Assembly (NCBI GenBank): GCA_040772725.1
Contig: JAXGXR010000002.1
Location: 559,217 to 623,216, forward strand
Direction of reading: 5' to 3'
Source: Clostridia bacterium
Lineage (GTDB): Bacteria; Bacillota; Clostridia; Saccharofermentanales; UBA5734
DNA length: 64,000 nucleotides
In this document: positions 46,294 to 55,590 of the stretch, piece after piece
Numbering within the stretch: the stretch's first letter is position 1
Layout of the letters: every line of letters starts with the position of its first letter
The notes under the pieces: generated by a model
What the model was told of the DNA's origin: nothing
What the model saw: the letters and a program-made list of their open reading frames with translations, nothing else
The model's database searches: none
Made by a program: the position numbers and the translations under genes

Positions 46294-46366
46294 GGCTGCC
46301 GGACTAGGATTTGAACCCAGACAGACTGATCCAGAGTCAGTAGTGCTACCCTTACACAATCCGGCA
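46293..46366 (-). tRNA. tRNA-Gln (anticodon CTG)
   Basis: rc = TGCCGGA TT GTGTAAGGGTAGCAC T ACTGA CTCTGGA TCAGT CTGT CTGGGTTCAAATCCTAG TCCGGCA G CCA. It has a U1-A72 pair and discriminator G73, typical of tRNA-Gln. The anticodon loop is CU-CUG-GA. Confidence 0.88.
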
Positions 46367-46384
46367 AAGATGTCAGCGAATGAA

Positions 46385-46413
46385 ATTATAACATCTGACC
46401 GCCATGTGTGCAA
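46385..46413 (-). promoter_or_regulatory. Promoter of tRNA-Gln
   Basis: The minus strand reads TTGCAC-N17-TATAAT with an extended -10 (TGTTATAAT), about 20 nt upstream of the tRNA 5' end. Confidence 0.6.
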
Positions 46414-46440
46414 CCCTGGTTCCGACAATGCACGAATGAC

Positions 46441-48099
46441 GGTGATTTGAAATCTTTATTTCCCATCGAGGCAGGAAATAAGCATTGCAAACCATATGCA
46501 GGCGTTTCGTTATTCAAATGATGAGATCTGCTACACTCAGGATAGTCTTCTCTGGGCCAACCAAAGGAGGATCGGATTATGGCCCGATTCAAACATCTAT
46601 CCTTGAGTGAACGAATTACCATCCACAGCATGCTCTCCGGCTCCAATGGGTTAAGCGCTATCGCCAAGGAACTGGGGCGTGACCGAAAGACGATCGTCCG
46701 GGAGATCCTGCAAAACCGTACATCTGTCTTCAGCGGTACACTCGGCACCCCCAAAAACAACTGTGCCCGGCGCAAGGGATGCAAGATACGCCACCTCTGT
46801 CAACGTTGCCTCAACCGGCGCGGACTCTGTCACCTGTGCGGGTCGTGCAACGAACTCTGCAAAGACTATGTGCCAGCACGGTGTGAGCGGCTTGAACACC
46901 CGCCCTTTTGCTGCAACGGTTGCGCAAAGCCATGCAACTGCACCATCAGGCGCTATGTCTATGACGCCGAAAAAGCCCACGCCAAGGCCTTGACCAGGCT
47001 CAAGGATATCAGGAGCGGCATTCTTTTGTCCCAAGCCGAACTCGAGCGCACCGACCTGCTGGTGTCTCCGCTCCTCAAGAAAGGCCAGTCAGTCCACCAC
47101 ATCTATCTCAACCATGCCGATGAACTGTTCTGCTCAGAGCGCACCCTCTACTCCCTCATCGGCAGCAACCGACTGACCGCTCGAAACCTCGACCTCAGGC
47201 TTACTGTCAGACGCAAGGTCAAGCGTCCCAAGCCCGAGCACAAAGTCGACCGGGCTTGTCGTCATGGCCGTACCTACGCCGAATTTCTCGCCTTTGCCCG
47301 TGACCGACCAGATACTGTCGTGGCCCAGATGGACAGCGTCGTCGGCTGCGAGGACAGTCGCAAGGTGCTCCTCACCCTCTTCCTCCCTCAGGCCCAGTTC
47401 CTGCTTTGCCGCATCCGCGATTACAATACCGCCCGCTCCGTCCTCGAGGTCTTTGACACCCTCGAACAGACCCTCGGCAAGGAGACCTTCCATCGCTTGT
47501 TCCCGGTCATCCTGACCGACAATGGCTCCGAGTTCAGCAACCCCTGTGCCCTCGAGCGCGACGGCCGCACCCGCATCTTCTATTGCGACCCGATGCAGTC
47601 CAACCAGAAGTCCGGCATCGAGCGCGCCCACGAATTCATCCGCATGGTGCGCCCGAAAGGTTCGTCTTTCGACGATCTCCGCCAATGCGACATTGACCGG
47701 CTCTGCTCACACATCAACAGTTACCGCCGCGACAGCCTTCTGGGCAAATGTCCCATCGACGCCTTTGTGTTCCTCTACGGGCCCGGGATCCTCGAACGCC
47801 TCGGTATCCAAAAAATAGAAGCAGACGAGATCCTCTTAACCCCTCGCCTGCTCCCGTAAAACCACTGCCGGTTTCATCCGGCCCAGAGAAGATCGCCACC
47901 CAATTCAAAAATCCGGACGGGCATTTTGCTCTGCAAAACCCATGCCCAATCGCTGGATCTGTGTTCAGGTCGCTCTTTTCTCTGTTCTGTACACCCAGAA
48001 TAGCACGTTTTCGTTGACCTGCATAAGCTGACAAGCGTCGATTAATCTGCTTCTTGGGACTTTACTTCTGCAAATGGGAATTAGCGATTGCAATCAACC
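46441..48099 (+). mobile_element. IS30-family insertion sequence flanked by a 13-bp direct repeat
   Basis: ATGCACGAATGAC occurs at 46428..46440 and 48100..48112. The imperfect terminal IRs are GGTGATTTGAAATC..ATTTCCCAT and the rc of the right end, GGTTGATTGCAATC..AATTCCCAT. There is a single transposase ORF. Confidence 0.8.
46579..47859 (+). CDS. IS30-family transposase
   Basis: The N-terminal HTH is LSLSERITIHSMLSGSNGLSAIAKELGRDRKTIVREI. A Cys-rich insert follows. The DDE region includes QMDSV...LTDNGSEF...GIERAHEFIR. Confidence 0.85.
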   Translation: MARFKHLSLSERITIHSMLSGSNGLSAIAKELGRDRKTIVREILQNRTSVFSGTLGTPKNNCARRKGCKIRHLCQRCLNRRGLCHLCGSCNELCKDYVPARCERLEHPPFCCNGCAKPCNCTIRRYVYDAEKAHAKALTRLKDIRSGILLSQAELERTDLLVSPLLKKGQSVHHIYLNHADELFCSERTLYSLIGSNRLTARNLDLRLTVRRKVKRPKPEHKVDRACRHGRTYAEFLAFARDRPDTVVAQMDSVVGCEDSRKVLLTLFLPQAQFLLCRIRDYNTARSVLEVFDTLEQTLGKETFHRLFPVILTDNGSEFSNPCALERDGRTRIFYCDPMQSNQKSGIERAHEFIRMVRPKGSSFDDLRQCDIDRLCSHINSYRRDSLLGKCPIDAFVFLYGPGILERLGIQKIEADEILLTPRLLP

Positions 48100-48215
48100 A
48101 TGCACGAATGACACATGTTGGCCATAATTCTTTTAATTTCTGTTTCATTTATGCCTATCGCCTGACAAACACCTGGTGTATAAAAGAATCAAAATGATTG
48201 AAAGAGGCGATTCCA

Positions 48216-49784
48216 ATGATCGATTCTGAAAAATATCGCGATGAGTCTTTGGAAGACACAAATTCGACGCAACCGTTCGATGGACAGGGCGTGGATAACA
48301 GGCAAGTTGATGCCAAGACTGGCGATTCTTCGGGTCCGGTCATGGAGCAGTCCGCCCAGCAGCCACCGGTGTATCAGCGACCGCCGGAGATGACGTATGA
48401 ACAGTCAGCGCCCTACAAGCCCTATCAGCCGACAAGCCAGCAGTCGCCGTACCGCTATGTTCATGCAACTGCGCCTGAGGAAGATCCACATTCGAAGAAG
48501 AAGCGCACACGCATGATCGTCGGACTGACAGCCTTGTTCCTGTCTGTCACCATTGTCCTGACGGCGTTGACGGCCGCGGTCGTTTATCGAGTGGCCAATC
48601 GGGACAGGGATACGGCGGGCACAACGACTAATACAACCGTGACAGCTTCTTCAGGCGGTCAATTTGGCCGGCCAAACCAGACAACGGCACCGACGTCTGG
48701 CCAGACGACAACACCCGGCGGCCAGACCCAGGCAACGACGGCGGTAAGCGGCAATGCGACGGACAAGCACTTCAGCCTTCAGGACGCGGCATCCAAACAA
48801 GCGGATGGCAAGACAACCCTGAGCATCATGCAGATCGCCGCGCTGGCCAAGCCGGCGGTTGTTGCCATTTCGACCGAAACAAAGGTTTTCAATCCATTTG
48901 GGCAGTCTGGAATTGTACCGGCGGCGGGTTCCGGTTTTATCATTACAGCCAATGGCTACATTGTGACCAATTACCATGTCATAGAAGGAGCGCAATCGAT
49001 CACGGCTGCGCTTGATGACGGACAGATTTACAAAGCGGTCGTGGTAGGGTCTGACCAAAGAAATGATTTGGCGGTTTTGAAGATCGATGGGACAAATCTG
49101 CCGACAGTTGTCCTCGGAAATTCGAGCGAGCTGGAAGTTGGTGAACTGGCGGTTGCGATCGGCAATCCGCTTGGTGAACTAAGCGGCACGGTTACGGCCG
49201 GCATCATCAGTGCGCTTGATCGTGAAGTGACGATTGATGGCATCACTATGAACCTGCTCCAGACGGACGCAGCGATCAACTCCGGCAATTCCGGCGGCGC
49301 CCTGATCAATTCCTTTGGTGAAGTCATAGGCATCAATAACGCGAAAAACGCGGGGACAGGCATTGAAGGACTTGGATTCGCGATTCCGATCGATACAGCC
49401 AAACCGATCATTGAGAGCCTGATTCGTCATGGATATGTGGCAGGCCGGCCCAAAATCGGGATTGGGACACGAGACATCAGCGCTGAAATGGCGCAGTATT
49501 ACAATGTGCCGGAAGGCATCTATGTCAGCTCGGTCGAGTCTGATAGTGCCGCCGATATCGCGGGAATCCAGGTCGGGGATGTGATCATCGGGGCGGATGG
49601 GCAGGAAGCGCTGACCACGGATGCGTTGAATGATCTCAAATCGAATCATCAAGTGGGTGACAGGATGACCATCACGTTCATTCGAGAAGGGAAAGAGATG
49701 ACAGCCGAGTTGATCCTGAAGGAGGATTTACCGGCTGAAATCAGGCCGGCATCCTACCGGGAATCCAATGGCAATGTCGTATAA
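48216..49784 (+). CDS. htrA: HtrA/DegP-family serine protease (S1C + PDZ) with a long disordered N-terminus and a TM anchor
   Basis: The catalytic triad context is TNYHVIEGA, NDLAVLKI and GNSGGALIN. A C-terminal PDZ domain is present. RBS agagg precedes ATG 48216. A terminator is at 49850..49878. Confidence 0.88.
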   Translation: MIDSEKYRDESLEDTNSTQPFDGQGVDNRQVDAKTGDSSGPVMEQSAQQPPVYQRPPEMTYEQSAPYKPYQPTSQQSPYRYVHATAPEEDPHSKKKRTRMIVGLTALFLSVTIVLTALTAAVVYRVANRDRDTAGTTTNTTVTASSGGQFGRPNQTTAPTSGQTTTPGGQTQATTAVSGNATDKHFSLQDAASKQADGKTTLSIMQIAALAKPAVVAISTETKVFNPFGQSGIVPAAGSGFIITANGYIVTNYHVIEGAQSITAALDDGQIYKAVVVGSDQRNDLAVLKIDGTNLPTVVLGNSSELEVGELAVAIGNPLGELSGTVTAGIISALDREVTIDGITMNLLQTDAAINSGNSGGALINSFGEVIGINNAKNAGTGIEGLGFAIPIDTAKPIIESLIRHGYVAGRPKIGIGTRDISAEMAQYYNVPEGIYVSSVESDSAADIAGIQVGDVIIGADGQEALTTDALNDLKSNHQVGDRMTITFIREGKEMTAELILKEDLPAEIRPASYRESNGNVV

Positions 49785-49973
49785 TGGGAAGCATTGAACA
49801 ATCCATATAATGAAGGTTTGAACATTCAAACCTTGATCGTGAAAATGAGAGCCCGCCGATGACCGGCGGGCTTCTTTCATGGTAAAATGAAACGAACGTC
49901 GTCTTGTCTCTATGGTCGTTTTCTAGAAGACGGGTTGGACGGATCATCTGATGGCTTCTGGGGAGGTAGACAC

Positions 49974-50786
49974 ATGCGGATCGCTCGATGGCTGCGCAGA
50001 GAAGTGATGATGCCGCTTCTGTTTTTGGCAGCAGCCGGCGTGGCGCTTTACTGGCTGACCCAAAAGCTTGACCAGCTTGGCTGGCTGGAGGAGCAGGGAT
50101 TTGCATTCTGGCTCCTGGCCGCCTGTTATGTCATCTATGTGATCCTGGCTGTCATCTCGGTCCGCCATATCGCAACCACCTATCTGTTGGAACGCTATCA
50201 TCCCGGTGACCCGCGCAGTGTCCGCCGGTTGCAGCGCAAGTTGCGCTTTCGGCTGCCAAGGCAGTGGCAGGGTGATGGGTTGGTGCATTTTTTATCGATC
50301 CGGCTTGAGCAGGACGGCTTCAACAGGGAGGGTGGTGATCGAAGGACCGGCATTGTCTATTCCAGGGACAGCCGTCATTTATGGACCAGGCGGCGCCGCA
50401 CGGATCGGGTGATCATGCTTGAATCATCGTCCATCAATATTTTCCAGGTCGACCAGATGCTCAAGGACTGCATATACCAGCTCGACCGGGTTGAACGCAA
50501 GTCTGAACGCAACATTCTGGTCATTGCGGTCCGCATGGAGCAGTCAGCCGATGTGGCCTCTGCTGCAGCCGGTTGCGTCAATTATCTCGGGCTTTTCCAG
50601 AGTGGGACGCTATTTCCGGTGCTTGTCGACCTGAATGGCCGTCGGTTCTATTACCCGGCGAACCGCAGTGCGATCAAGCGAAGCCACCGGTTTTTCCAGA
50701 ACAGGATGCTGTTTTTGATCCGTCAGATTGGTCTGGTGAGTGCTTCAGACAAACTTCAGGATATCGCTGAGAAAGCGGAAAAATAG
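49974..50786 (+). CDS. Hypothetical 2-TM membrane protein with an Arg-rich cytoplasmic domain
   Basis: RBS ggagg precedes ATG 49974. The TM segments are MMPLLFLAAAGVALYWL and FAFWLLAACYVIYVILAVISV. I recognise no family. Confidence 0.45.
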   Translation: MRIARWLRREVMMPLLFLAAAGVALYWLTQKLDQLGWLEEQGFAFWLLAACYVIYVILAVISVRHIATTYLLERYHPGDPRSVRRLQRKLRFRLPRQWQGDGLVHFLSIRLEQDGFNREGGDRRTGIVYSRDSRHLWTRRRRTDRVIMLESSSINIFQVDQMLKDCIYQLDRVERKSERNILVIAVRMEQSADVASAAAGCVNYLGLFQSGTLFPVLVDLNGRRFYYPANRSAIKRSHRFFQNRMLFLIRQIGLVSASDKLQDIAEKAEK

Positions 50787-51536
50787 CAGGAGCAGGACGA
50801 TGATGATCACTGGCCGGATCAGGCGCGCGCCTTTGTGGATGGCCAGGTGAGAACCGATCAGGTTGCCCAGGATCGTAAACGCGGCAGCCGGCAGTCCAAT
50901 CATGAAAATGACTTTGCCATTGACGATGTAAGTGATCAGTGATGCGATATTGGAGGCCAGATTGACGATTTTGGCACTTCCGGAAGCATTGATCAGGTCA
51001 AGCCGCATCAGTCCCGTGAACACCAGGATCAAAAACGTTCCGGTGCCCGGGCCAATGAACCCGTCATACGCACCGATCACAAGACCGGCTGACAACCCAT
51101 AAAAAACGGTCTGACGGGTGGTCAGCTCCGGCTTCCGGACAGCCGACTGGCCGAAGTTCCGTCGCGTGAACAGGAAGATCGCCAGCAAGGGAAGCGCGAT
51201 CATGAGGACTATCTTCAGGTAGCGTTCGTCCAGAGCCAGAGCCAGTCGTGTGCCGCCATAGGCACCGGCCAGCGCTCCCGCAGCTGCCAACAGGCCCACC
51301 TTCAGATTGACATGGCCGCTTTTCAAGAATCGGCCGGCAGACGCGGTCGTTCCGAAAGCCATGGCGAACTTGTTTGTTCCGTAAGCCAGGTGGACCGGCA
51401 GACCGGCGATCAGATACGATGGGATGGAGATGATACCGCCGCCACCGGCGATCGAGTCGACAAAGCCGGCTGTCAGGCAAAGCGGACAGATGATGAGCAG
51501 TGTGACCAGATAGGAATAGGGCAGTTCAGGCGGCAT
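50745..51536 (-). CDS. TauE/SafE-family sulfite/anion exporter
   Basis: Multi-TM with GFVDSIAGGGGIISIPSYL and GPGTGTFLILVF, which are TauE hallmarks. RBS ggagga lies 7 nt before ATG 51536. Confidence 0.8.
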   Translation of the reverse strand: MPPELPYSYLVTLLIICPLCLTAGFVDSIAGGGGIISIPSYLIAGLPVHLAYGTNKFAMAFGTTASAGRFLKSGHVNLKVGLLAAAGALAGAYGGTRLALALDERYLKIVLMIALPLLAIFLFTRRNFGQSAVRKPELTTRQTVFYGLSAGLVIGAYDGFIGPGTGTFLILVFTGLMRLDLINASGSAKIVNLASNIASLITYIVNGKVIFMIGLPAAAFTILGNLIGSHLAIHKGARLIRPVIIIVLLLLFFRFLSDILKFV

Positions 51537-51588
51537 GGTCATATCCTCCGACCGACTGATCATAACACAAGGAAATCGAGGCAGGCAA

Positions 51589-52764
51589 ATGGCGACTGTG
51601 ATCCTGAAAGACGGGACTCAAAAGCGTAACCGGGAGGGGCACCCCTGGGTCTATCGCAACCAGATCGAACAGATTGATGGTCCTGTTCAGGATGGAGATG
51701 CGGTGACCGTAACCGACAGTCGCGGGAAGCCGTTGGGTACCGGACTCTTCAATGGCCGGTCCATGATCACGATCCGGATCATGAGTCATCGCCAGGAGCC
51801 GATTGATGACACGCTCATCCAGTCGCGCGTCCGGGAAGCCTTGAACTACCGGCAGATGTTCGAACGGGCTGACACGGACTGCCGTCGCCTGATTTTTGCC
51901 GAGGCGGACCGATTGCCGGGCATCATTGCCGATCAATTCGGCAAGGTCGTTGTGCTGCAGAACCTGTCGCTTGGCATGGAGCGGTTCCTGCCGGTGATCG
52001 CGCGGACCTTGCAGGAACAGGTTGGCTGTGAGACCTTGATTTTGAAAAATGACGATGCCATCCGTGAAAAGGAAGGATTGCCGCTGCAATACAAGACTTG
52101 GTTCGGTCCGGAAGTGGGTGAAACCCGGATCCTGGAGCGGGGGGTCATCCTGAATGTCGATGTTCGAGGCGGGCAGAAGACCGGATATTTTCTTGACCAG
52201 AAAGCGAATCATGCCTATATCGCGCGCTTCGCGGCCGGTCGCCGGGCGCTGGACTGTTTCACCTATATCGGAGGTTTCGCGCTGCACGCGGCCCGGTCCG
52301 GCGCGGTGTCGGTCACGGCTGTCGACAGTTCCGGTCCGGCCCTTGCGCTTGCGTCCCGCAATGAAAAAGACAATGGGCTGTCAGGAATTGACTGGCAGGA
52401 GGCCAACGCTTTTGATTTTCTGCGTGAGGCTGTTCGCGCCAGGTCCACTTACGACCTGATTGTGCTCGACCCGCCGGCTTTTGCCAAAAGTCACGCTGCC
52501 CTGGCATCCGCGACACGCGGGTACAAGGAGATCAACTTGTGCGCTTTGCGCCTGCTTTCGGCCGGGGGGATCCTCGCGACACACTCCTGTTCCTTTCATA
52601 TGCCGCAGGACCATTTTATCGCAACCGTTCTCGAAGCAGCCCGTGATGCCCGGCGTGTCGTGCGTGTGCTGGCGCTTCGTCGACAGGACCATGATCACCC
52701 GGTGCTGGCCGGATATCCGGAGTCCCACTATTTGAAAAGCCTGTGGCTGCAGGTGATTGAATGA
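51589..52764 (+). CDS. rlmI: Class I SAM-dependent rRNA methyltransferase with a PUA domain (RlmI-like)
   Basis: Contains GHPWVYRNQI (PUA), QKTGYFLDQK, the SAM motif LDCFTYIGGF and LDPPAFAKS. Confidence 0.8.
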   Translation: MATVILKDGTQKRNREGHPWVYRNQIEQIDGPVQDGDAVTVTDSRGKPLGTGLFNGRSMITIRIMSHRQEPIDDTLIQSRVREALNYRQMFERADTDCRRLIFAEADRLPGIIADQFGKVVVLQNLSLGMERFLPVIARTLQEQVGCETLILKNDDAIREKEGLPLQYKTWFGPEVGETRILERGVILNVDVRGGQKTGYFLDQKANHAYIARFAAGRRALDCFTYIGGFALHAARSGAVSVTAVDSSGPALALASRNEKDNGLSGIDWQEANAFDFLREAVRARSTYDLIVLDPPAFAKSHAALASATRGYKEINLCALRLLSAGGILATHSCSFHMPQDHFIATVLEAARDARRVVRVLALRRQDHDHPVLAGYPESHYLKSLWLQVIE

Positions 52765-52968
52765 TGAACACATTTTGCTGCCCGGGAAAATGGGATTGTG
52801 AAATTGATGCTGATCCAATTTTCGAACTCACAAAAACGTTTACGGGAAAACGGTTTTTGTGTGATAAAGTCACAGAACAGACATCCTGTACCTGCTAGAT
52901 TGTGAACGTTGGAAAAGACAGCCCGCGGCCTTCCGGCCCGGAGCGCCATGTACATGAGGTGGATTACG

Positions 52969-55458
52969 ATGAAGATTGTGATTGTGGGCGGTGTGGCCGG
53001 CGGTGCGTCCGCGGCCGCGAGACTGAGAAGACTGGATGAACGGGCGGAGATCATTCTCTTTGAAAAGGGCGAGTTCATATCCTATGCGAACTGTGGTCTG
53101 CCGTATTATATCGGCGATGTGATCACCGAGAAAGAGCGTCTTTTGGTCCAGACACCGGAGGAAATGCAGGAACGCTTCAACTTCGATGTCCGGACGTTTT
53201 CCGAGGTCATTTCAATCGACCGGAAGGCCAAGACCGTCACGGTTCGCGATCATCGGTCGCATCGTGATTACCAGGAGTCCTATGACCGCCTGATCCTGTC
53301 ACCGGGTGCCGAGCCAAAGCGGCCTCAGATGGAGGGGATCGATCTGCCCGGCATCTTCACGCTTCGAACCGTGCCGGACACCTACAAGATCCGCGAATTT
53401 GTCGACAAAAAGAACCCGAAGCACGCGGTTGTGATCGGTGGTGGCTTCATCGGTGTCGAAATGGCGGAAAATCTGCGCCATCGGGGCCTTGAAGTATCCA
53501 TGGTCGAATTCACGGATCAGCTGGTTGCCTCGATGGATCTGGACATGGCGATGTTCCTGCACGCCCATGTCCGTCAGCACGGGATCCGACTGTTCTTCAA
53601 GGCCGGTGCCGCCGGTTTTGCCAAAGATGAAAACGGACGCATCGCTGTCCGCCTGACCACAAGCCAGGTCCTGGTCTGCGATCTGGTGATCATGAGCATC
53701 GGCATCAGCCCGGACAGCCGTCTGGCCAAAGAGGCCGGGCTGGAGTTGGGTCTGGCCGGCAGCATCAAGGTGGATGAATTTTTGTTCACATCCGATCCGG
53801 ACATATTGGCGGTGGGTGATGCCATTGAGATCAAGAACCTTGTCAGCGGACAGCCGGGACTGATTCCACTCGCCGGACCGGCCAACAAGCAGGGCCGTAT
53901 TGCCGCTGAGAATGCGTTGGGCGGCCGGGTGTCGTTTGATGGCATCCAGGGAACGGCTGTGCTCAAGGTGTTTGACATGACCGCCGCTTCGACCGGACTG
54001 AATGAAAAGCAGCTGCGCAAAGACAAGATCGACTACCACAAGACCTACATTCATCCGCTCAATCATGCCGGATATTATCCCGGCGCGAGCCAGCTGTCGA
54101 TGAAGATGATGTACGAGCCAAGGACCGGTCGGATCCTCGGCGCCCAGGCTGTCGGCATCGAGGGTGTCGAAAAGCGGATTGACGTGCTGGCGACCGCGCA
54201 GCGGTTGGGTGCGACGGTGTTTGACCTTGAAAAGCTCGAACTGGCCTACGCGCCGCCATTCTCGTCCGCGAAAGATCCGGTCAACATGCTGGGGTTCACG
54301 GCTGTGAACGAGATCAAAGGCGATGTGAAAGTGTTCCATTATCATGATATCGCGGACCTGGATCTCGATGAGGTTTTTCTCGTCGATGTCCGTACGGAAG
54401 AGGAGTTTTCCATCGGTTCGATTCTGGAAGCGAAAAACATCCCGCTGGACTCGATTCGCAGCCGAATCGCCGAATTCCCGAAAAACAAGCCGATCTACCT
54501 GTTCTGCCAGGTCGGCATCCGTGGCTACCTGGCTTCCCGCATCCTGACGCAGAATGGCTTTGAAGACGTCTACAACCTGAGTGGCGGCTATAGGCTCTAC
54601 CACATGATGACCCGTGAGATCCAGCCGGACATCCCGTTCGATTGCTACGGTCAGGAAACATTCGAAGGCGAAGGGGAGAAACTGGCCATCTGTCCGACGA
54701 CTGAAGTGATCCCGGAAAAGCCGGTGGTCGAAGGCAAGACGGTCCGGGTCGACGCAATCGGCCTGCAATGCCCGGGTCCGATCCTCAAGCTGGCGGACGG
54801 AATCAAGAAGGCGGAAATCGGCGACACCGTTGTGGTCGAGGCGACGGACGCGGGATTTGCCTCCGATGTCGCAGTCTGGTGCGACCGGACCGGCCACACG
54901 CTCGTGTCGAATGTGTACGATAAGACCATATACCGGGCGGCAATCCGCAAAGAAGGCGCAAAAGCCGTTGAAGCCGGCGGGGAAATTCCGCATGACAAGG
55001 CGATCATCGTCTTCAGCGGGGATCTTGACAAGGCGCTGGCCTCGATGATCATCGCCAACGGAGCTGCTTCGATGAACCGCAAGGTGACGATGTTCTTCAC
55101 ATTCTGGGGCCTCAACATCCTGCGCAGGCATCAGGGGGTCAAGGTGAAAAAGACCTTCATCGAGTCGATGTTCGGCTGGATGATGCCGCGCGGAACGAAA
55201 AAGCTCGGCCTCTCCAAGATGCACATGGGCGGCATGGGATCCCAGATGATGCGAGGCATCATGAAGGCCAAGAACATCTCCTCGCTGGAGGAGCTGATTG
55301 AGACCGCGATGGCGCAAGGCATCCGGATCGTAGCCTGCCAGATGTCGATGGACGTCATGGGCCTTAAAAAGGAAGAGTTGATCGATGGCGTCGAGATCGG
55401 TGGTGTGGCCACCTTTATCGGAGCCGCTGAGCAATCAGACACGACACTGTTCATCTGA
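52969..55458 (+). CDS. CoA-disulfide/persulfide reductase fused to rhodanese, TusA-like and DsrE-like domains
   Basis: The FAD motif is IVIVGGVAGGASAAARL. The redox Cys context is SYANCGLPY. The rhodanese loop is FCQVGIRG. The TusA motif is GLQCPGPILK. The DsrE-like C-terminus is IIVFSGDLDKALASMIIANGAA. A terminator is at 55485..55513. Confidence 0.85.
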   Translation: MKIVIVGGVAGGASAAARLRRLDERAEIILFEKGEFISYANCGLPYYIGDVITEKERLLVQTPEEMQERFNFDVRTFSEVISIDRKAKTVTVRDHRSHRDYQESYDRLILSPGAEPKRPQMEGIDLPGIFTLRTVPDTYKIREFVDKKNPKHAVVIGGGFIGVEMAENLRHRGLEVSMVEFTDQLVASMDLDMAMFLHAHVRQHGIRLFFKAGAAGFAKDENGRIAVRLTTSQVLVCDLVIMSIGISPDSRLAKEAGLELGLAGSIKVDEFLFTSDPDILAVGDAIEIKNLVSGQPGLIPLAGPANKQGRIAAENALGGRVSFDGIQGTAVLKVFDMTAASTGLNEKQLRKDKIDYHKTYIHPLNHAGYYPGASQLSMKMMYEPRTGRILGAQAVGIEGVEKRIDVLATAQRLGATVFDLEKLELAYAPPFSSAKDPVNMLGFTAVNEIKGDVKVFHYHDIADLDLDEVFLVDVRTEEEFSIGSILEAKNIPLDSIRSRIAEFPKNKPIYLFCQVGIRGYLASRILTQNGFEDVYNLSGGYRLYHMMTREIQPDIPFDCYGQETFEGEGEKLAICPTTEVIPEKPVVEGKTVRVDAIGLQCPGPILKLADGIKKAEIGDTVVVEATDAGFASDVAVWCDRTGHTLVSNVYDKTIYRAAIRKEGAKAVEAGGEIPHDKAIIVFSGDLDKALASMIIANGAASMNRKVTMFFTFWGLNILRRHQGVKVKKTFIESMFGWMMPRGTKKLGLSKMHMGGMGSQMMRGIMKAKNISSLEELIETAMAQGIRIVACQMSMDVMGLKKEELIDGVEIGGVATFIGAAEQSDTTLFI

Positions 55459-55590
55459 TCAGGACAACCGATCATGGCACAGAAGGCGTCTCGGCCGCAC
55501 GGGACGCTTTTTGTTGTCTTCCCTTGCGGTATGTTATGATTCAGATAAGGAAGTTCGCAGGGCTTGGCCATTTTTCTGGAGGAGCTGAAC

